From: Leucoraja erinacea
Lineage: Eukaryota
NCBI RefSeq assembly: GCF_028641065.1
Contig: NC_073388.1
Coordinates: 2,852,001 to 2,916,000, forward strand
Length of the DNA: 64,000 nt
Direction of reading: 5' to 3'
A program made the position numbers and the translations under genes. Below are positions 1 to 9,344 of this stretch, in pieces. Numbering within the stretch: position 1 is the first letter of the stretch; each line of letters begins with the position of its first letter. The notes under the pieces were generated by a model. It was given only the letters and a program-made list of their open reading frames with translations, was not told the DNA's origin and searched no databases.

Positions 1-284
1 ACTCATCCTTCACCTCCCATTCCTCCCCGACCCTTGGGTCTTTCCTCTGCAAAGGGTAGCATGTTTACAGATGAAACAAAAGTGGGTGTGTTTACAGATG
101 GTGAAGATGATTGTGAAAAATTGCAGCATGATTTTGATCAATTGGCCAGGTGGGCTGCGGAATGGTTGATGGAATTTAATACAGAGAAATGCGAGGTGTT
201 GCATTTGGAACATGGGCAGGACCTACAGTGAATGATAGGGCTCTGGGTAATGTTGTAGAGCAGAGGGATTTAGGAGAACAGGTG

Positions 285-504
285 TGTAAGAAAGAACAGC
301 AAATGCTGATTTAAATTGAAGGTAGACACAAAAAGCTGGAGTAACTCAGCGGGTGAGGCAGCATCTCTGGAGAGAAGGAATGGGCGACGTTTTGGGTCGA
401 GACTCTTCTTCAGTCTGAAGGGTCTCAACCCGAAACGTCGCCCATTCTTTCTCTACAGAGATGCTGCCTCACCCGCTCAGTTACTCCAGCATTTTGTGAA
501 TACC
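285..504. mobile_element. Penelope-derived palindromic short element with 14-bp TSD
   Basis: About 95-bp arms inverted around cttcag/ctgaag. TSD TAGGAGAACAGGTG (271-284) and TAGGAGTACAGGTG (505-518). Arms match the terminal repeat next to the GIY-YIG ORF at 49460-49560. Confidence 0.8.
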
Positions 505-602
505 TAGGAGTACAGGTGCATGGTGGAGTCAGAGGTAGATACGGTGGTCAAAAAAGGTTTTGGTACATTAGCCTTCATCAGTCAGAGTTTTGAGTATTGA
601 GT

Positions 603-697
603 GTCTGAAGAGGGGTTTCGGCCCGAAACGTTGCCTATTTCCTTCGCTCCATAGATGCTGCTGCACCCGCTGAGTTTCTCCAGCATTTTTGTGTACC
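603..697 (+). mobile_element. Penelope-derived monomer (95 bp) with minimal hammerhead motif and 8-bp TSD
   Basis: TSD TATTGAGT at 595-602 and 698-705; begins gtCTGAAGAggggtttcggcccGAAAcgtt. Confidence 0.75.
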
Positions 698-1460
698 TAT
701 TGAGTATAGAAGTTGGGAGTTCGTGTTGCAGTTGTGTAAGACGTTGGTGGGACCGCATTTAGAGTATTGTGTTCAGTTCTGGGCATCATGTTATAGGAAA
801 GATGTTGTCACTCTGAAAAGGGTACAGAGAAGGTTTACGAGGATGTTGCTAGGACTAGAGGATCTGAGCTATAGGAAGAATTTGAGAAGGCTGGGTCTCT
901 ACTCCCTGGAGCACAGGAGGATGAGGGGTGATCTTATAGAGGTGTACAAAAACATGAGAGGTATAGATCAGATGGATACACTGGATAAGCCGGGAAGCAT
1001 TGTGAGAGTCATGTTTTATGACTTCTCCTGTGCTTTTAACACCATCCGGCCTGCACTACTAGGGAGCAAACTGACGAAGATACGGGTGCATGCTCCATTG
1101 GTGTCCTGGATCACCAACTACCTGACTGGATGATCACAGTATGTCAGGCTACGGAACCGTGTCTCGGACATGGTAGTGAGCAACACAGGGGCCCCACAGG
1201 GGACAGTCCTCTCTCCCTTCCTGTTCGCCATCTACATCTCAGACTTCAGTTATAATTCAGACTCCTGCCACCTGCAGAGGTTTTTGGATGACTCTGCAAT
1301 TGTGGGCGGGAGGGGAGGGAAGCTGAATACAGAGGTGTAGTCCACGACTTTGTTGAGTGGTGTGGGCTGAACCACCTGCAACTCAACACAGACAAGACTA
1401 AGGCATTAGTGGTGGACTTTAAAAGGAGAGGAACACCCCTGTCCCCTGCCTCCATCAATG

Positions 1461-1783
1461 TTTTTTTTTTTTTTTTCCCGGTAGGTGGCGCGGCTCTGGC
1501 CAGCAGCGGCCTCTGCAGCCTGTCCGCGTTTTTATTATTTTTGTCGGTGTTTTTATGTAGTGTTTGTTATTTTATGTTGGGGTGTGTGTGTGGGGGGGTG
1601 GGGGTGGGGTGGGGAAACTTTTTGAATCTCTCCCTGCACTGGAGACCCGACCTTTTCTCGTCGGGTCTCAGTCGTCGTTGAGGCCGCAACGAGGAGCGGC
1701 CTCCAACAGGAAGAGACCGGGGATTCAGGTGTCGACTCACCGTTGACGTCGCGGAGCTGGCCGAGTCCGGAGCGGTGGAGGAG

Positions 1784-1829
<46 letters not shown>

Positions 1830-2350
1830 GGAGAGTCGAAGGCTCTCTACAGGTCTGTGGACGACGGCGCCGGGAGCCCACGGCTCCCTGGGGGGAGACC
1901 GCTTTTCGGGGCTTCTGCAGCAGCGACTTCTCCCGCCCGAGTTGCGGGGTCGAAGAGCTCCTGGAGCGGGGCCTGACACCACTGCCCCGCGCGGCTGGAA
2001 TGGCCGCGGACTCTGCGAGCACACACCGGGGGCTCCAACATCAAGACCCGGTGTGCGACCTCGCACCACCCGGCGTGGCTTTAATGGCCGCGGGACAATC
2101 GCCATCGCCAGCCGGGGGCTATGACTTTGACTCTGACATCGGGGGGGGGGGGGGGGGGGGGAAGAGTGCAGTGGAGAGAGAAGTTTATTGGGCCTTCCAT
2201 CACAGCTATGTGATGGATGTTTATGTTAAATGTAATTATGTTGTGTCTGGGGTCTATTTGTGTGTAATGTATGGCTGCAGAAACGGCATTTCGTTTGGAC
2301 CTCCAGGGGTCCAAATGACAATTAAATTGACTCTTGACTCTTGACTCTTG
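1461..2350 (+). mobile_element. CpG-rich non-coding retroposon, copy A
   Basis: Interrupts the Rex1 sequence tccatcaatg|gtgcgaatgtg. Head GGTGGCG, 3' hairpin plus tgacaattaaa plus (GACTCTT)n tail. Confidence 0.75.
1785..1828. repeat. (CTG/CAG)14 trinucleotide microsatellite
   Basis: Directly visible. Confidence 0.95.
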
Positions 2351-3014
2351 GTGCGAATGTGCACATTACCAAGGAGTACAAATACCTTTGTGTTTACCTG
2401 AACAGTAAACTGGACTGGTGCAGGAATGCTGAGGCCCTGCACAAGAAGGGACAGAGCCGGCTGTACTTTCTGAAGAGGGTCCGCTCCTTCAACGTTTGCA
2501 GTAAGATTCTGTAGATGTTCTACCAATCGGTGGTGGCCAGTACCATCTTCTTCTCTGTCGTATGCTGGGCCATGAATGCCCACAGGATTAACAAGCTCAT
2601 CCGATCAACGGCTGCCGATGTTCTGGGGGCGGAGTTGGATTCATGGGAGGTGGGCTTGGAGTGGAGGATGCTCCACAAACTGCGGAGCATCTTGGACAAT
2701 ACAGCTCACCCCCTCCATAACACACTGGTCAACCCGAGGAGCACCTTCAGCAACTGACTGGTTCCACCAAGATGACATACAGAACACCACAGGAGATCTT
2801 TTTTCCCTGTGGCTATCAAACTATACAACTTCACCCCCTTCTGTCGTGGGATAGACTGACTCCCCACCATTTTCCAATCTTTACACATCCCCAATCCTGG
2901 ACTTCCCAATCGTCATTTTAATTTCAAGGTTCGGGTATCTTGTTGCGTTTGACGACTGTTTGACTGTTGGCAGACCACTTTCTCTCCTGGGATAAATAAA
3001 GTTCTATCGTAACA

Positions 3015-3320
3015 TATATTGCCCAGAGCAGGTGAATCGAGGACCAGATGACATAGGTTGAAGGGGAAAAGATTTAATTGGAATCTGAGGGGTAACCTTT
3101 TAAATACAAAGGCCAGTGAGTGCATGGAACAAGCTGCCATAGTAGTTGAGGCTGGGACTATCCCAACATTTTAAAACCAGTTAAGACAGGTACATGGATA
3201 GCACAGGTTCGGAGGGACATGACCTAAACACAGGCCGGTGGGACTAGTGTACCTGGGACATGCTGGCTGCTGTAGGCAAGTCGGGGTGAAGGGGCTGTTT
3301 CCACACTATCACTATGATTT
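3015..3320 (+). mobile_element. CR1-type LINE 3' end (continuation of 41-975)
   Basis: Colinear with the similar copy at 12265-12655 (gcccagag..ggtgaatcgaggac...). Confidence 0.8.
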
Positions 3321-3321
3321 A

Positions 3322-4030
3322 CGCAGACCTCCTCCAACCTTGTCTGACGCATTCTGTGCTCTTGTTGTAGCCTATACACCAGAATGATCAGCATGGACTC
3401 AACAACTGCTTTCCGAAGCACCCGAGCCGTGTCTACTATGGTTGAACTACTGGTTGTACGCCATTTAAACTTCACTTCATATTCCCACACTGACATGTCC
3501 ATCCTGAATGGATCAAAAGGAGAGAAAAAGGAACACAGGTAGCAAGAGTTACCTGAAATTGGAAAATTCAATGTTCATAGCATTAAGTTGTACACGACCC
3601 AGGTAGTGTTTCTTTTTGTTTGCATTTGGCTTCATCCTCAGGGAAATTTGAATGGTATGCAACTGGGAACTTGAGATGGCCAATGTAGCTGAGTGCAGGT
3701 GTTCTATAGTCATATGGAATACACCTGGTTTCATCGATGTGGAGAGGATTTGCCAGGTGCAAAGGGATCCTACCACCAGCCACATCTTCCCCTCCCAACC
3801 CCTGATATTTTCAGTACAAACTATTCCCATCATAACTCCCTGGTTTGTTTATCCCACCCCCTCACCCGTGGCACTTTTGCTTGCAATCATAAGAGGTGCA
3901 ATACCCATGTAATGAAGGCCAACGTATCACCTTCCTTCTGAACTTCTTACTACCCCTTCATATTGCATTCAATAATGTTTAAGGACACCAGATGACGTTG
4001 TACATCAACATTTCACAATCTCATTTACAT
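3322..4030. mobile_element. Decayed, rearranged Penelope GIY-YIG fragments
   Basis: Similarity to 49757-50240 and 50930-51550 (acctcctccaacct, cccattcccacactgac.tgtc, cctaccaccagccacatcttccc). Confidence 0.55.
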
Positions 4031-4970
4031 AGGCGCAGTTTCAGCTTAGAAGAGTCCCGACCAGAGAGATGATCCATCCATGTTCTCCAGAAATGCTGCC
4101 TGACCGGTTGAGTTACTCTAGCACTTTGTGTCATACATCAGTTTGGTAGATTAATAGTTGACAGACACAAAATGCTGGAGTAACTCAGCGGGACAGGCAG
4201 CATCTCTCGAGAGAAAGAATGTCACCCATTCCTTCTCTCCAGAGATGCTGCCTGTCCCGCTGAGTGACTCCAGCATTTTGTGTGTGTCTTCAGTTTAAAC
4301 TAGTTTCTTCCTACACAATTGTTGACTGTAAATTTCTCAGTGTATATGCGAGGTGTGTAATCCAAGGGAGTTGAAGGATATGTGAGGAAAATAAAATAGG
4401 ATTAGTGTAATTGACTGCTTCATGGTCAGGGTGCAGTTGATAGGCCGATGAACCTGCTCTGTGACTGAAATCTAACGTGGAGCATATCATGAATGACATT
4501 ATTATGGGGAACAAGGAAATGGCAGATGAGTTGAACAGGTACTTTGGAAACTTTTAAGAAAGGCGGGAGAGAGAAAACAGGGAATTATAGACCAGTTAGC
4601 CTGACAGCGGTGGTGGGGAAGATGCTGGATTCAATCATAAAAGATGAAATAACGGCACATTTGGATAGCAGTAACAGGATCGGTCCAAGTCAGCATGGAT
4701 TTACAAAGGGAAAATCATGCTTGACTAATCTTCTGGATTTTTTTGAGGAGGTAACTAGGAAATTGGACAACGGAGAGCCAGTCGATGTAGTGTACCAGGA
4801 ATTTCAGAAAGCATTTGATAAGGTCCCACATAGGAGATTAGTCGGCAAAATTAGGGCACATGGTATTGGGTGTAGAGTGTTGACATGGATAGAAAATTGG
4901 TTTGAAAATTGGACAGGAAACAAAGAGTACGGATTAACGGGTCCCTTTCAGAATGGCAGGCAGTGACTAG

Positions 4971-5467
4971 GGTACCCGGGCGTGGCGTAGAAGGACAAAA
5001 AGCCGAAGGAAAGAAGTTGGAGCCAAATAACCGAACGGAAAAGAAGCCGAACCGCCAAATAACCGAAAGCGTACAAACCCGAAACGTCAACTAACCGAAT
5101 GGGTGGGACGCCTACGGCTTGTGTGGGAAAATGACCCCCACCCTCCCGTCTCCCCCGGCCAGTGATGTGATGGACGCTGGGGTCTGGACCAATCGCTGAC
5201 AGAGCAGCCATTTGGTGAGTTGGCTTGTAGGCGACGCAGCCTTTCAGTCAGTTGCCGTTTTGGCAGAGCAGCCTTTCGCTGAATTTGCTTTTAGCCGTCC
5301 CGCCCTTTCGGTTAGTTTGCTTTTAGGCGTCCAACCCTTTCAGTTAGTTGGTGTTTCGGTTTCCTACGCTTTCGGTTATTTGGCGTTTCAGCTTAGTTTC
5401 CGTTTGGTTATTTGGCTTTCACTTCTTTGCTTCGGCTTCTAGTCCTTCGACGCCACGTCCGCACACG
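4971..5467. mobile_element. Foldback-type non-autonomous DNA transposon (MITE) with about 140-bp imperfect TIRs
   Basis: TIR gggcgtggcgtagaaggac... from 4978 and ...gtccttcgacgccacgtcc ending 5460; internal roughly 10-bp AACCGAA repeats; flanked by GTGACTAG at 4963-4970 and 5468-5475. Confidence 0.8.
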
Positions 5468-5686
5468 GTGACTAGTGGGGGTACCGCAAGGCTCGGTGAC
5501 TAGTGGGGTACTGCAAGGCTCAGTGCTGGGACCGCAGCTATTTAAAATACACATCAATGATTTAGATGAAGGGATTCAAAACAACATTCGCAAAAAGATG
5601 GGTGGCAATGTGAACTGTGAGGAGGATGCTACAAGAATGCAGGGTGACTTGGACAGGTTGGGTGAGTGGGCAGATACATGGCAAAT

Positions 5687-6573
5687 CGGTTGGTGGGGGC
5701 GCTGCAAGCCGACAGCCCTGTCAGCAGCGTGTTTGTTTTTTCTACTTTTTTAGTATATCTTAATGTATGTTTTTAATGTTTTTCTGTGTGTCTTGTGTGT
5801 GGGGGGGGGGGTAAGGGGGAAAACGTTTTGGTTGCCTCCTCCACGGAGAGGCAACTTTTTCCATGTCGCCTCTCCTGTGGCCTAACATCGAGGATTTGGT
5901 GCAGCCTTTCCCTGAGACACGCCCGGGGCTTCATCTGCGGGCGCAATGCGGACTCTCGTCAGAGCAGGCGCGCCCTCGCTGGGGGTCGTTGGAGGGGAGC
6001 GCTCCGTTTGCTGGCCCGCGGCAGCCTGAAGCCACGTTCTGCAGAGCTCCAGCTGGTGCAGCGTCCGCAGCCTGGGATCCCTCATTGGGGACCCCGGAGG
6101 AAAAGAGCTCCGACCGCCGGCCCGCGGCCAACTTCTATCGCGGGCGGGGACTTACCATCTGGAGCGGGGTCCCTCGCCGGGGATCCCTGGAGAGGATCCC
6201 TGACCGCCGGCCCTGCGGTCTGCGGTGCCTCTGGCTGTGGCGCGGCGGGGAATTTAGATCTTCGACCGCCGGCCTGCGGCCTACACCATCTTGAAGCCGC
6301 GGTCTCCAGTGGGTGGGCACAGATTCAGGACTTACCCTGTCTGTACATCTGGACGCCCGCAGTGGCGACTGCGGAGGGTTGAGGTCCCGACCCCAGGGGA
6401 AAATGGAGGACTGGACAATTTCTGTGCATTCCACCAGTGATGAATGCAGTGGTGGATGTTTGTGTTACATTTTTATTGTGTATTGTGTGTTCTTTTTTAT
6501 TGATCCGCTGCTGGCAAATTCATTTCACTTGCACTTATGTGCAAGTGACGAATAAAACTTGATTGATTGATTG
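5687..6573 (+). mobile_element. CpG-rich non-coding retroposon, copy B
   Basis: Interrupts CR1. 3' hairpin tcacttgcac/gtgcaagtga, then aataaa and (GATT)n tail. Confidence 0.75.
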
Positions 6574-6722
6574 TGATGCAGTTTAATGTGGATAAATGTG
6601 AGGTTATCCTCTTGGGTCGCAAAAAAAGGCAGATTATTGTCTAAATGGTGTCAAGTTGGGAAATGGGGAAGTACAACGGGATCTGGGGGGGGTCCTTCTT
6701 CATCAGTCAATGAAAGTGAGCA

Positions 6723-6815
6723 AAGGTACACAAAATGTTGGAGAAACTCAGCGGGTGCAGCAGCATCAATGGAGCGAAGGAAATAGGCAACGTTTCGGTC
6801 TGAACCCCTTCTTCA
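6723..6815 (-). mobile_element. Penelope-derived monomer with hammerhead motif and 11-bp TSD
   Basis: TSD GAAAGTGAGCA (6712-6722) and GAAAGTAAGCA (6816-6826). Confidence 0.75.
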
Positions 6816-7499
6816 GAAAGTAAGCATGTAGGTACAGCAGGCAGTGAAGAAAGCGAATGTCATGTTGGCCTTTATAGCAAGGAGTCGAGTATAGGAGTAA
6901 AGAGGTCCTTCTGCAATTGTACAGGGCCCTAGTGAGACCATACCTGGAGTATTGTGTGCAGCTTTGGTCCCCTAATTTGAGGAAGGACAGTCTTGCTATT
7001 GAGGGAGTGCAGCGTAGGTTTACAAGGTTAATTCCCAGGATGGCGGGACTGTCGTATGCTGAGAGAGTGGAGCGGCTGGGCTTGTATACTCTGGAATTTA
7101 GAAGTATGAGAGGGGATCTTTTTGAAACGTATAACATTGATAAGGGTTTGGACTCGCTGGAGGCAGGAAACATGTTCCCGATGTTGGGGGAGTCCAGAAC
7201 CAGGGGCCACAGTTTAAGAATAAGGGGTAAGCCATTTAGAACGGAGATAAGGAAAAACCTTTTCACCCAGAGAGTTGTGAGTCTGCAGAATTCTCTGCCT
7301 CAGGTGGAGGCCGGTTCTCTGGATACTTTCAAGAGAGAGCTTGATAGGTCTCTTAAAGATAGCGTAGTCGGGGGGGGATATGGGGAGTAGGCAGGAATGG
7401 GGTACTGATTGTGGATGATCAGCCATGATCACGTTGAATGGCAGTGCTGGCTCAATGGGCCAAATGGCCTACTCCTGCACCTATTGTCTATTAATTGGG

Positions 7500-8215
7500 T
7501 TATTCAATTCAAAACAGAAGGGTGGGTTTAGTTTGACCTTATAGTTTGAAAACATTAAAGATTTTGATCAGCACTGTCAAAGTTAATTTGCAAGTCGAAT
7601 TGGTAGTAAAGAAGGCTAATTCAATGCTAGTATTTATATTAAGAAGACAGGAATAAAAAAAATGTAATGCTGAGACTCTATAAGACACTGGTCAGGCTGC
7701 ATTTAGAGTACTGTGAGCACATTTGGGCCCCATATCTGCAGAAGGATGTGCTGGCTCTGGAGAGGGTCCAGGAGGTTTACAAGAATGATTCCAAGAACGA
7801 GTGGATTAGCATATGAGCATTTGACTACGCTGGGTCTCTACTCGCTGGTGTTTAGAAGGTTGAGCAGGACTTTATTGAAATTTACAGAATAATGAAAGGC
7901 ATAGATAGAGTGGATGTGGAAAGGATGTTACCACTGGTGGGAGAGTCTAGGACCAGAGGTCATAGCCTCAGAATTAAAGGGCGCTCTTTTAGAAAGGTGA
8001 GAAGGAACCTTTTGTTAGAGGGTAGAACTCATTGCCACAGAGGGCTGTGGAGGCCAAGTCAGTGGATATTTTTAAGGCAGAGATAGACAAATTCATTATT
8101 AGAACAGGTGTCAAGGATGGGGAAAAGGAGGAAAATGTGATTAAGAGGTTGAGATCAGCCATGATTGAAAAGCGGAATAGACTCGATGGGCCAAATTGCC
8201 TAATTCTACTCCAAC
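7500..8215 (+). mobile_element. Older CR1 LINE 3' fragment
   Basis: ORF 7892..8086 (MKGIDRVD..ESRTRGHSLRIKG). Confidence 0.8.
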
Positions 8216-8894
8216 AACTTGTGAAGTTGTGAAGAAGAGAATTCAATTAAATTAAATGATTAAACTTGAAAATAGTTGCGGTCACACAGGTACTAGAAAA
8301 TTACATCATTTAAAATTATTAAAAATTAAGCATTCCCCATGCAGGTATAATTGCCAAGTTTCCTCAGCCTAAATTTTTGTTTTAAATTATTCAAAAGGCC
8401 ACTAGAGGGCTTCAATATAAAATTGGCATCGACACCACATGGAATTGGAAATAATCTACATAAGACGAGGTACAATTGTGAAACAAGTTGAGGTAATCAG
8501 CATTAATACATTTACGGGGAAGTTAGGTCAATTATGAGCAATAAATTCTTGAAATGTTATCTTTTTCTCTCCACAGATGCTAATCGGACAATTTCAGATT
8601 TCAAAGAAGTTGCTTTTTGAATGCACAAAAAAAATAACTAGAAACATGAAAGTTGTAAATGTTTGAAATTATTTAAGTTGACTTTTAGTCTTTAAATTAA
8701 ATGTCTTTGAAAAGAGACAAAGTTAGAAATAGGGAATTGCAGCCTGTTATAAGTTATGGAGTAACTTCAGAGCTATTGCCTACTCATTAGAGGTCCAGTC
8801 ACTGTTGGAGCACACTTGCCCTAAAGATTGGGTTCAGTGCAAAACGTATAGATAGCGTACACCTTCTAAATTGCACTCACTCTTACCAGCATAA

Positions 8895-9100
8895 GGTCAT
8901 AAGGAATAAAAGTAGAATTAGGCCATTCAGCCCATACAGTTTACACCACCATTCAATCATGGCTAATCTCTCTCCCTCCTAACCCCATTCTCCTGCCTCC
9001 CCCCCCCCCCCCCATAACCTCAGACACCCGTACTAATCAAGAATCTATCTATCTTTGCCTTAAAAATATCCGCTGACATGGCCTCCAGAATTCCAGATTC
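8895..9100 (-). mobile_element. CR1 LINE 3' tail
   Basis: ggccattcagccca...ccattcaatcatggct motif. Confidence 0.7.
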
Positions 9101-9344
9101 ACCACCAAAGTACGTGACAAGCGCAACAAGCTGAAGGAAGAGTGAGTGGGTGAGAGTGAGTGAGTGTGTGAGTGAGTGCATTTAATAAAATTCACTTGCA
9201 AATGCAACTTTTGAAACCTCGCTGGTCACGAGCAGTGTGATGGGACTGGAGATTAGCAGATAGTGTCCCATTATTTAAAAAAGGGAGATTGAGCTCAAGG
9301 CAAGTAGTTAAAAGTAGTTAAGTGGTGTGCAGATTATTGGAAAC

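Larger units (their letters stand above)
41..975 (+). mobile_element. CR1-type LINE RT/3' fragment, 5' part (continues at 3015-3320)
   Basis: Translations [21 protein letters not shown] and RRMRGDLIEVYK are typical of the CR1 ORF2 C-terminus. Confidence 0.9.
976..3010 (+). mobile_element. Rex1/Babar-like LINE, 5'-truncated RT and 3' UTR, interrupted by the element at 1461-2350
   Basis: Translations VRVMFYDFSCAFNTI, WITNYLT, GAPQGTVLSPFLF and FYQSVVAS..F.VVCW; tail ggataaataaagttctatcg. Confidence 0.85.
4470..7492 (+). mobile_element. CR1/HER1-type LINE (RT plus 3' tail) carrying three nested insertions
   Basis: ORFs 4544..4966 ([20 protein letters not shown]), 5475..5753 and 6917..7390; tail ...ggcctactcctgcacctattgtctatt. 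Confidence 0.92.

Noticed and set aside
1564-2344. Overlapping ORFs with polyQ, polyA, polyC and polyS tracts
   Set aside because: These come from a CTG repeat within a GC-rich, stop-poor repeat element. There is no protein homology or splice structure.
5786-6434. 198-aa and 143-aa ORFs, and similar ORFs at 23914-24486 and 34878-35377
   Set aside because: ORFs are open in several frames because of high GC content, and the translations are not conserved between related elements.
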